A DNA stretch of 64,000 bases, taken from contig NW_025963890.1 in NCBI RefSeq assembly GCF_023055435.1, forward strand, positions 33,666,001-33,730,000. The letters run 5' to 3'. Positions within the stretch are counted from its first letter, which is position 1; each line of letters starts with the position of its first letter. The notes under the pieces are model-generated. The model had not been told where the DNA came from, searched no databases, and saw only the letters and a program-made list of their open reading frames with translations. Shown one piece after another: positions 53,558 to 63,492 of this stretch. The position numbers and the translations under genes were made by a program. Origin of the DNA: Haliotis rufescens. Taxonomy: Eukaryota.

Positions 53558-54035
53558 CCCAAGTTGGCAACATTATGTATGACTTGCAGTCAACAGGCAG
53601 AGGTTCAAGTCAACATATCGCTTGCTCCATTTTGTATAAATGTAAGAATACTACTCTATTAAAGGGAATTGTCCCTCCCACCTGCCCAACATATGTGCTT
53701 CCTAGTCGATGAGGGTTATTGGATGAAAAAGTGACATTTTCCTGCCTCCCGTATGCGCAGTTGCATTAGTGAGGAGGATAGAGTTTGCCTCACAACTATT
53801 AGAAATGTTGGCAGTGAAGAGGCTGTCTGTTGAAAAATCTACGGGATTTTACAGAGTGATTACAGCAAAAATAGGAACTATGATGTACTAAAGGTAAGGT
53901 ATTCAAAAGAATTGTGTACTTCACACATTGGTACCCATGTGGGGAAGATTAGGCAACCCGACTGCACCCAGAGTAACAAAAAAAACAGCCATGACAGCTA
54001 AAGAAACTGTAGCTCTGTCTGGAGTAGGTACAGAC

Positions 54036-54125
54036 CTGTGTGATGTAGTCCTCTGCCTTGCTCAGATGGCCTGCTGTGGAAGGCTGGCTTGGTTGGAGTG
54101 TCAAGCTGGAAGACTCTCCTGGCTT
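54036..54125 (-). CDS. RTEL1: RTEL1 exon (KPGESSSLTLQPSQPSTAGHLSKAEDYITQ)
   Basis: 90 nt, phase 0-0. Leads into the first HHD helix. Confidence 0.75.
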
Positions 54126-54279
54126 CTACAATGAGGAACTTCCACTGAGTGGGCTTCACCCTGTCTTAGTTCACACACCATAGCAACAAAGTGAATTCAT
54201 CCCTATGTTCCTACTAAGTCCTTGGCCCCCTTCACATCAAGGAAACAAAGTGGAGACTTATTCTGTGCTGAGCATATTC

Positions 54280-55650
54280 ATCCCTGGGGACCTACTCTGA
54301 CCTGACTCCCACACAACACAACAAAGTCTATTCATCGCTAGGGACCTACTCTAGCTTCGAACCCATCCCACCCCACATCATGACAACAAAGTGCATCTAG
54401 AGTCCCGGGGACCTACTCTGTCCTGGACACACACACACACACCCTCATTATAGCAACAAAGTGCATCTTGAGTCCTGGGGACCTACTCTGTCCTGGAAAT
54501 ACACACACACACCCACATTATGGCAACAAAGTGCATCTTGAGTCCTGGGGACCTACTCTGTCCTGGACATACACACACACACCCTCATTATAGCAACAAA
54601 GTGCATCTTGAGTCCTGGGGACCTACTCTGTCCTGGACATACACACACACACACACACATTATGGCAACAAAGTGCATCTCAAGTCCTGGGGACCTACTC
54701 TGTCTTGGACACACACACACACACACATTATAGCAACAAGGTGCATCTTGAGTCCTGGGGACCTACTCTGTCCTGGACATACACACACACACCCTCATTA
54801 TAGCAACAAAGTGCATCTTGAGTCCTGGGGACCTACTCTGTCCTGGACATACACATACACACACACACATTATAGCAACAAGGTGCATCTTGAGTCCTGG
54901 GGACCTACTCTGTCCTGGACATACACACACAACCAAATTATGGCAACAAAGTGCATCTAGAGTCCTGGGGACCTATTTTGTCCTGGACATACACACACAA
55001 CCAAATTATGGCAACAAAGTGCATCTACAGTCCTTGGGACCTACTCTGTCCTGGACACACACCCACACACACCCACATCATGGCAACAAAGTTCATCTTG
55101 AGCCCTGGGGACCTACTCTGTCCTTTGAAATACACACACAACCACATCATGGAAACAAAGTGTATCTACAGTACTGAGGACCTACTCTGTCCTGGACACA
55201 CACAAACACACACACACACATCATGGCAACAAAGTGCATCTAGAGTCCTGGGGACCTACTCTCCTGGACATACACACACACAATGACATCATGGCAACAA
55301 AGTGCATCCAGAGTCCTGGGGACCTACTCTGTCCTTGACATACACACACACAACCACATCATGGCAACAAAGTGCATCTAGAGTCCTGGGGACCTACTCT
55401 GTCCTGGACTTATACACACACACAACCACATAATGGCAACAAAGTGTATCTACCGTCCTGGGGACCTACTCTGTCCTGGACACACAGACACAGACACATA
55501 CACACACCATGGCAACAAAGTGCATCTAGTGTCCTGGGGACCTACTCTGTCCTAGACATACACACACACAACCACATCATGGCAACAAAGTGTATCTACA
55601 GTCCTTGGGACCTACTCTGTACTGGACATACACACACACACACACATCCT
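54280..55650. repeat. ~66-72-bp minisatellite with embedded (CA)n
   Basis: GCAACAAAGTGCATCTTGAGTCCTGGGGACCTACTCTGTCCTGGACA repeated. Confidence 0.95.
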
Positions 55651-56040
55651 CAAGCTCCTTGCCAGCATATGACACCTTTGTTACACTCTCGGTCTGAGGT
55701 CTTGCTGCACAATGACTTATACCACACTACTGTTGTACATACACTTTAGTATTAAAATTATTTCTTTTTGTAGAGTATTTCTTTGTTTTAGTGGGGCGTT
55801 TCTTTATTGTTATTATTTTTAAATATGGCAGAAAAATTGCCACGATTTACATTAGCCCATCCCCAAGTAACCTGGGGGTAGTGGGGCATTTAGTCTTGAA
55901 AGTAAGACTTGATGGTAGAGAGGTAAGTCCCTGGACAGACAAACAAAACACATACAACTTTCAATATGTTAATACGACATAAACTCTTCATATATATATA
56001 TACACTAACAACATAGGAAACCACCACAATTTCTGGTTAC

Positions 56041-56100
56041 CTTGATCACAATCTTGCGTTTTTTTGCAGGGTTCTGCCTGACAGGCTGATGTGATGAAAC
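56041..56100 (-). CDS. RTEL1: RTEL1 exon with NLS-like motif (VSSHQPVRQNPAKKRKIVIK)
   Basis: tttccgcag acceptor, AAG|gtaacc donor. Basic motif at the position of the RKKIRL motif preceding the HHD in vertebrate RTEL1. Confidence 0.75.
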
Positions 56101-56382
56101 CTGCGGAAACAGAAAAGATCACATTATCCCAGACTGCACCACAACAGACTCATACAATGAGACATGGACGGCCTCAGCGATGCTTCCATTGATTTCCAAT
56201 GATGACTTCTCCAATATTACCCCTATAACTGGGATATCAACCCCAAATTGTGACAATCTGGAATAGCCAAGATATGTTATCATTATTAGCATGTCCGGTT
56301 CCGTATGGATGAAACTAAATAATCTTTTATTTTTGGTTACCAAAGCTTCTCAAAATCTTCAACATGTCCTATCACAAGCTAC

Positions 56383-56575
56383 AACAAGTGCTGTGATGTC
56401 ACATGTACAAGTGCTGTGATGTCACACATACGAGTGCTGTGGTGCTGTGATGTCACACGTACAAGTGCTGTGGTGTCACATATACATGTGCTGTGGTGTC
56501 ACACGTACAAGTGCTGTGATGTCACACGTACAAGTGCTGTGATGTCACACGTACAAGTGCTGTGGTGTCACATGT
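56383..56575. repeat. 23-bp tandem repeat (ACAAGTGCTGTGATGTCACACGT) cut off by the viral element
   Basis: Direct reading. The last unit ends at the AGTAGT terminus. Confidence 0.9.
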
Positions 56576-56719
56576 AGTAGTATAGGTAATAGGGGTTCTG
56601 GACCACTTCCACTGCAGCCGGATTTATATACCTATACTGCTACTTCAGGTGGCATTTTTTATGCAAAATGATTATGCGATTCAATGATAGTCATGAGATT
56701 AAGCTAAATTGGGTCTAGC

Positions 56720-56983
56720 TCACCAATACCTGGGGCCAATCATTGCTTTAGATGAGCCTAAATGGTAATAAAAATATTCTTCATTATTTTTATCAATAAA
56801 GCGATATTCAACATTTTTATTAAGTTCTTCGTTCATTTTACTAGGAGACCAGACTATATAACTACACTCTTCTTGTAAATTGATAAGAAACAATTGATAA
56901 CCGTATTTGGTTGGTTTGACATCACTGATATAATAAAAACCTTGTGGTAATTCTCTCCATTTAATAGCTTTTTCGATCTCCAT
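56720..56983 (-). CDS. Small viral protein (..KPTKYGYQLFL..IVWSP..), possibly OB-fold-like
   Basis: ORF inside the element, preceded by ATATATAATA-ATG. The fold is a guess. Confidence 0.5.
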   Translation of the reverse strand: MEIEKAIKWRELPQGFYYISDVKPTKYGYQLFLINLQEECSYIVWSPSKMNEELNKNVEYRFIDKNNEEYFYYHLGSSKAMIGPRYW

Positions 56984-57046
56984 TATTATATATATGTATG
57001 TAAGCATTTGTCTAAATGTAATCTAACGATAGTAAGCAATCTATTT

Positions 57047-57649
57047 TTAATCTCCAACCAGTTCTTTGGTTTTGGCACGGAATAATTGACGCGCCTGTTG
57101 CCTCCCCTGTTCTATGAACTTTTTTTTCTCATCCTCGCTAATACCACTGGTCTTACGAGATTTTGATCGAATCTCCTGCTTCATTTCATTGTATTTGGTG
57201 AGTTCTGACAGCACTAAACGAAACTCATCCTCGGATATCTTACAATCGACCATTGCTGTCGAAATATGATCCTCAATGCTGTTCAACTTTGCTTCGGCGA
57301 GTATCCGAATACTATCGTGTTTTAATGCTTTCTTTTGCAACCTACGAGAAATGAATTTTATCGCTATTCCTGCCAGTCCCGAGACTCCAGCGGCTATTTC
57401 CATACCGAGCACGATAGGCACGGCGATTATAGTTGATAGTAAACCGACACCCACTACACCGAGTCCCATGCCAGCTGCTACAAGCGCGGTGTCAACATTC
57501 ACGGCTCTGCGATACTTTTTATACAATCCAAGTTTTAACTCCCTATCCTTCTCTATTCGATGTTTTATGTCGCTTATTTGATGTAATCGAAATCCATCAA
57601 CAGTTTCCATCTTTTCAATTGCTTCATCGAGCGCTGGATATAAACTCAT
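57047..57649 (-). CDS. Viral membrane protein with a Gly-rich hydrophobic hairpin flanked by coiled coils
   Basis: FRLHQISDIK..DTALVAAGMGLGVVGVGLLSTIIAVPIVLGMEIAAG..KHDSIRILAEAKLNSI..ISEDEF. Recalled as a recurrent Polinton-associated ORF. Confidence 0.75.
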   Translation of the reverse strand: MSLYPALDEAIEKMETVDGFRLHQISDIKHRIEKDRELKLGLYKKYRRAVNVDTALVAAGMGLGVVGVGLLSTIIAVPIVLGMEIAAGVSGLAGIAIKFISRRLQKKALKHDSIRILAEAKLNSIEDHISTAMVDCKISEDEFRLVLSELTKYNEMKQEIRSKSRKTSGISEDEKKKFIEQGRQQARQLFRAKTKELVGD

Positions 57650-57663
57650 AGTGTATATTACGA

Positions 57664-58470
57664 TCATATAATAGTCTTTAATTGGTCTTGCTTAAATGTT
57701 TTGAGAGTATACATCAATCTTATCAAATGTATATTATACGGCAAGAATATCTTAGTAAGAGAAATACTACCACTTTTAATAATTTGGACCCCCTCGAGGG
57801 TTGCAACGAGCGATGCTCCGATATGAATAATACTGCAACGTCGACGCTTGTGTTTCTTGAGCCATATAATTGATAGACCTGGTAATATTTCGAAGGCATC
57901 TTCCGGTACATCTCCGAACAAGACTTCAATAATAAGCGTGGAAATATTAGGTATTGCACTCAAGTTCTGTTTAATATCTTCGAATTCAGTAACCAAATTT
58001 AAAGTAACATTTTTTAAGGCCGGACGACTATATAACATATGGCCTGGGTTTTCTGGCAGGGGGGTGACTAACACACTTTTTCGTTTTGACGGGATATAAG
58101 CCGCGAGTACGATGCCACTATTTATTATCTTAGTTAAATTATATGCCTTACCCATCATCGCATAAGGTAGGGTAAAGACGATATTCAGTAGCCACTCGAT
58201 GTTTGCGTCGACCATAGTCCATTTATTATCGTCGTTGCGAATAATATTGTACGAAGTGTTTTTAATGTGTCTACTAACGTCGACATCGCTTAAATCTTCT
58301 AGATTACCAGTGAATGTAACTTCTTTCCGCTTGTATACATTATCGTGTAAGTGTAAAGCGTATAACTTACCATTGGTACCGGGTTTACCGAATCCTTCTG
58401 TGTCTCCGAGATCGGAAAGCGCAATTGTATTACATTGTCTGAGCGTTCCAGGGCCTGATGCATCAACCAT
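57664..58470 (-). CDS. Viral protein of unknown function, candidate fibre/spike
   Basis: 268-aa ORF directly after the penton gene, with LSDLGD / LEDLSDVDV motifs reminiscent of fibre repeats. Confidence 0.55.
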   Translation of the reverse strand: MVDASGPGTLRQCNTIALSDLGDTEGFGKPGTNGKLYALHLHDNVYKRKEVTFTGNLEDLSDVDVSRHIKNTSYNIIRNDDNKWTMVDANIEWLLNIVFTLPYAMMGKAYNLTKIINSGIVLAAYIPSKRKSVLVTPLPENPGHMLYSRPALKNVTLNLVTEFEDIKQNLSAIPNISTLIIEVLFGDVPEDAFEILPGLSIIWLKKHKRRRCSIIHIGASLVATLEGVQIIKSGSISLTKIFLPYNIHLIRLMYTLKTFKQDQLKTII

Positions 58471-59149
58471 TATTTTTAATATGGAGTGTTACACTTAAGT
58501 ATCCTATATGTACCGGTTGGTGTTTTACATCTAATACAGAAATTTTGAGGTCTGAAATAATACCCCGCTTTAATTTTTTATATTGTAATGACGAGAAAGA
58601 TTCTGTTCTACCGCTATTATATTTTTCATTTTTCACTGGAATAGATCTGAGCAGAGTTGAAGGACTTTCTAATTGAATATTATCCGTCGTGCTTATTTGA
58701 TCAAGATGGATACACAACTCTTTATAGGGAACTAAATCGGACAATGTCTCTCAATCAAATGTTGACCTGAATATTGCTAAAATTCCGCGTGTAAATCCAA
58801 GTGTAGCTGATAAGTTCCCTACAATCCGTACACCTTTTTCTCCAGTGTCGAATTTCAACATCCCATTCGACTCATCTTGTGTTAGACTAATTCCATTAGG
58901 CTTAAAAATTTCATCATTGAGTGAGCATACGCTGTAATACCCATCAGGTATAATAATGAATTTTTCAATAATATTTCTTTCATCTAATATCCATATCTTA
59001 TTATTACCTCTTGCAGCATTTATATTGGTCCACAGCGGGTAATACGTTACGTCACAGATAGCGACTTCGAGCTGACCATCCGAGTTATCGATAGCACGAA
59101 GCAGTTGAATAGACTGACCATTTGTTATTCCCGGGAGTGTAACATACAT
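58463..59149 (-). pseudogene. Minor capsid protein (penton, single jelly-roll) with one in-frame TGA at 58751
   Basis: IPDGYYS, LGF, STLLRSIP, YKKL..ISDLKISVLD..SVTLHIK pattern. The two track ORFs are in the same frame. Confidence 0.8.
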
Positions 59150-59161
59150 ATTAAATATACA

Positions 59162-60356
59162 ATGATACTATATCATAACTTAAATCAATCGATTATAGTA
59201 ACTGCCTCTGGTGCTGAGTTTGCCGTTAAATTCCACGATATCTTTGAAAAATACAGTTTCACGGCAACTAACGATACAATGGTGGACGATTGGTTTAACC
59301 GTCCGATGCAATTTTGGCAGAATCAGTTAAACTTTGCCGTATGGTGTGCCACAACGGGATGTGGCGTATCTGTTAATGCCCCAGGATTTAAACTATATAA
59401 GTCTGTTATATTATTTCATGTGTACTATCAGATTAGACGTATACTTAAAGAAACTAGTGCTCCATTACCGCTGGATCCAGCATGGAATCACGCAAATAAT
59501 CATTATAATAAGAGGGCCTTCGAACATATTTGTAATGAATTTAATGTTTCTACGAGTAAAGATTGGCGCATCAAAGGACCTAGCCATGGTCTAGGTATTC
59601 CGTACAATGGACAAAGAACTATTAAAGATAAAAGCGATTATTTAATTAAAGAGGGTGTGATCCCTTCAGGCTTTGCTCTCTCGAGTAAACAGTTTAGAGC
59701 AGATCGTATGAACTTTGAGAGTGGCATTCCTTATATTATAACAAAGTTTGTGCATCCAAACGATACAACAGACGCTTGGAATGAATTTCTTAATGATAAA
59801 ACGGAAAATAATTTTACTAACCCAGGATGTGAAAGAGTTAATGAATCGATAAGAACTTATGTATGGGCAATTCTCGGTGCACAATCGCAAACACGAACGT
59901 CCATTATCGGTACTGGGACGGCGTTCGATGCGCAAAAACAGTTTGTCGCAAACGTGGAGGACGCCATTAATTCACCAGTTGACATACCATCGTCTATAAA
60001 GCGTTTTCAAGATGTATTACAGTACGCTCAATCCAAAGTTGACTTCGTTTATGCGCCGGGATTATACATGTCTCCGAGTATTATGGAACTTAAGATCGGT
60101 CAAGTGATAGGTTATAATAATAAAATTGTTATCGCTACCGATAAACAAAAACCAGGTATAAATTCAAATATTAACGCAAACAATCACGGGCGAAAAGGGA
60201 ATAGTCAAGCCGCAAACACCAACAATCGCTCAAACATCTACTAACGCAAAAACGCAAGTGCCACCGCATATTGAGGCTAAAAATCAACAACATATCGATG
60301 AAAAAACAGCGCTTGTAGTGGGTGGAGTCGCGGCTGGTTTACTCATGATTTGGTAA
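59162..60356 (+). CDS. Conserved viral protein with a probable C-terminal TM anchor, frameshift near 60180
   Basis: WQNQLNFAVWCATTGCGVS, FHVYYQIRRIL. The shifted frame continues to HIDEKTALVVGGVAAGLLMIW*. Confidence 0.7.
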
Positions 60357-61515
60357 GCGAACTGATTTGGATAAATAGTTCTTAGCGGATATGTACAACA
60401 GCCCTGCAATTGCTACGATCAACACCCACAAGTTTTGACTAAGCCAAGTGGTGGTCTTAGCTAATAAATTCAATAGCCAGGAAACAACACTCTCTATTAT
60501 ACCGGGAAGTGCGGCCGCGGCTTTCTCAGCGAGCTTTCCCAGGGCTGAACCTAATGCTTTTAAATGCTTTTTTATCCACTCTTTTATACCATCCGACGTA
60601 GGCGGTGATCCACCACCACCTGTACCGCTGGTTAACGCGAGAGTCAAAGTTGATATAATAAATCCCAACGCGGTTAAAATACTGGCAATTGTTATCCCCT
60701 GTTCTCTGAACAATGTTTTAATTTTATCGGCCAGTGTAGTGTCATCGTTGAGGACTTGATCGATAGTTTCTCGAATTCGACTGATTTCCGAACGAAGTGC
60801 CTCTCTATTACTGGAAGCTGCTTCGAGGCGGGCCGATCTTTCGTCTTCTAAGTTACGCAATCTTTCCGCTACGCGGCGTCTACTGAACTCATCGCCCGCC
60901 TGTTCAAGTTTTGTTTTCTCGTAATCTATATGCTTGTCGATTTCAGATATCTTGGCCATATTATTCATGAGTTCTCCCCGCATTGTTCGCATTGCCTTGT
61001 CAAGACCTCGTAATTCCCTAATACTAAACTCCGAGGATGGTACCTGTAACGTGGAATTATCGTAATAGGTATCTAAGATTTCTCCGAGTCCGTTCGAGGC
61101 CACCATCGAGGAAGCTTCCAAATTATCTGTGTTACTGAGTTCTTCCCGCACAGCCCTAAGAACCTTAGTAGTCTTAGTAGTCTAATTTATCACGAACAGT
61201 GCTGATACCATGTTTACCGGCTATCGTAGACAAGGCTAGGGGCTTACGAGTACGAGAATGCATAAGATCAATATCCGGAGCGCCACGCAGTCGCAATATT
61301 CCTTTACTATCTATCTCAAACTTTGAATAGTCACGACCAATAGGGGTATCTTTAAAGGTATCGTAATAATCATCAACGGCTGGTTTCAAAAGTTCATCAT
61401 TTACGGTTGGGTTCAAAAGTTCATCGTTAAGATTCATAAAGCTGGTTTCATCAGTATCTTCGATTGGATTCTAGTTATCAAAGTCATCAAAGGTTTCCAG
61501 ATCAAAATCAGTCAT
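60339..61515 (-). pseudogene. Coiled-coil plus multi-hydrophobic-segment viral membrane protein; stop at 61471 and frameshift near 61170
   Basis: ATG 61515 is in frame with 61174-61437. The C-terminal part reads LFREQGITIASILTALGFII..LPGII..LWVLIVAIAGLLY. Confidence 0.75.
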
Positions 61516-61545
61516 TTTTATATTAAACATGTTTTCAATATAACA

Positions 61546-62817
61546 ATGTCTTCGCAATACGGACACAAGTTAAACCCACAACGTAGACTTCGAGATCCAT
61601 TAGGGGTCAAAGCAATTTGTCAGTCTGTAACTATAACTAATAACCCGAGTACCATCGATCAGAATCAAACGCTTCTGGTTCGCTTTCCTAATCTCGGCGC
61701 ACACGATGTGTTAGTTCCGGGAACTGTCCGACTAGCATTTACAATTATTTTGACTTCTTCCGACGTTAACAGGGAGCCTGTTCAGAACATAGGTCGTGCT
61801 ATCGTTAAGAAAATCGTGATTAAAATTAGCGGTAATGAGGTTTTGAGTATCGACGATAGCGATGTATACTATGGTTACATGGATCTCTGGAGAACGGATA
61901 AAGAGCGGGAAAACTTACAGTACCAAGGTATTTGTAATCGGAACACATTGAAACTGCGCGTGGGCGCTGAAAATGGTGTTGATACCAACAAAGAAGATAA
62001 GGCCGTTGCCGACGCATTAGGTAACCGATTCTACATTCCCCTAGACTTTGAATTACTAGATTCCCACATGCCCTTTTATCAAGCATCCCTAGGCGATAGG
62101 TTAGAATACGAACTCACTTTTAATGACTACGGTAGAGTAATCAGAGCTGGTGAAGATACTAGCTATTCCATTGACAATATCTCGCTGAAGTACGATATGA
62201 TAACGGATCCAGAATTAGCCAGACAAATTCGTAACCATTATAACGGAAGTTTAGCCATTTTGTACGATCGCGTGCTGCGACACCGAAAGATCACGAGGGA
62301 CAAAAAAGATACGATGTGGAATATCAATCTAAACGTCCCCACGAGGTCGTTGAAGGGTATTTTAATGTTGTTCGAGGACCCCTCCGATGCGTTTAAAAGA
62401 AATACCGAGAAGTTCTACAATCCCAAGATTACAAAAGTAGAATTGACTATCGAGGGCGTTCCTAATCAACTATATAGCCAAGGAATGCAAGCGTATCACC
62501 AGTGGGATGAGATTAAAAAACTTCCTTCTATAAAACGTTCCACGGAACTTAATGCGGTCGTGAAAGATCTGTCTCTCGGGAGTGTATCGATGGGTGAATA
62601 CCTCACCACGAAGTACGCGCTATGGCTCGACATGCGAACAACGGACGATGACCAACTACACAGCAGTGGGAGAAGAATAGAAAATGCTAGCGAGGGTGTC
62701 ACTATACAGATAACGAAGCTCCAGGAAACGGGTGGTAAATTAAACATATATTTGTACGTGATTATGGATGCGCAACTTAATATACAGAATGGACGATTCG
62801 TGCAAGCAATCTATTAA
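61546..62817 (+). CDS. Major capsid protein (double jelly-roll), intact ORF
   Basis: 423 aa, beta-strand-rich (NIGRAIVKKIVIKISGNEV, FYIPLDF, LEYELTFN, YALWLDMR, LNIYLYVIMDA). Adjacent to the ATPase and near the penton. Confidence 0.8.
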   Translation: MSSQYGHKLNPQRRLRDPLGVKAICQSVTITNNPSTIDQNQTLLVRFPNLGAHDVLVPGTVRLAFTIILTSSDVNREPVQNIGRAIVKKIVIKISGNEVLSIDDSDVYYGYMDLWRTDKERENLQYQGICNRNTLKLRVGAENGVDTNKEDKAVADALGNRFYIPLDFELLDSHMPFYQASLGDRLEYELTFNDYGRVIRAGEDTSYSIDNISLKYDMITDPELARQIRNHYNGSLAILYDRVLRHRKITRDKKDTMWNINLNVPTRSLKGILMLFEDPSDAFKRNTEKFYNPKITKVELTIEGVPNQLYSQGMQAYHQWDEIKKLPSIKRSTELNAVVKDLSLGSVSMGEYLTTKYALWLDMRTTDDDQLHSSGRRIENASEGVTIQITKLQETGGKLNIYLYVIMDAQLNIQNGRFVQAIY

Positions 62818-63419
62818 TAATCTTTTACCTAAGGATTCGCACTGCGCTATCATATGCGGGCAAACGGGCTGTGGAAAAACAGCTTTTATTCTAGATATTT
62901 TACAAAGTCATTATCGGGACGTTTTCGATCATATTATTATTCTGTGCCCGACTATAAGCGTTAATAAAACATACCTATCCAGAGATTGGGTAATGAATGA
63001 CGACGGGGTACACAGAGTCGAACCGGGCGATCGTTTACAAGACTGCCTCTGAGTATGTCACGAAAGATACAAAGGAGAATCAACCCTTTTCGTAATAGAC
63101 GATTGCAGCGCGAGTAAAGAACTCACCAAAAAGAAAGATATGCTTTCGTATTTAGCATTCTCCGGTCGGCATACTCAGCATAGCGTTTGGGTACTTACTC
63201 AAAAATACAACTCTGTCCTGAAAGATCTCAGAGAGCAGACCAAATGGGTAGCACTCTTTCATTGCAAAGATCGAGATTCATTCGAGGAATGTTTACGCGA
63301 AAATGATGTTATTTATACCAAGCTCGAAACAAGATAAAGTCAGAAAACTGTTAGCGGCAACGAAGCACTGTAAACTCGTATTAAAAACCGATCAACCAGC
63401 TGCTTATGCAATTGCTTAG
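62789..63419 (+). pseudogene. A32/FtsK-HerA-type DNA packaging ATPase; TGA at 63050 and frameshift near 63330
   Basis: Walker A GQTGCGKT, Walker B LFVIDD, SGRH, and VLTQ motifs. Confidence 0.92.
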
Positions 63420-63463
63420 CAAAATGTAGCAAAATATAGCAAAATGTAGCAAAATGTAGCAAA
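63417..63463. repeat. 10-bp tandem repeat TAGCAAAAT(G/A), about 5 copies, intergenic in the virus
   Basis: Direct reading. Confidence 0.85.
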
Positions 63464-63492
63464 TTGAACATTAGCGGTTAATATTACATAAA

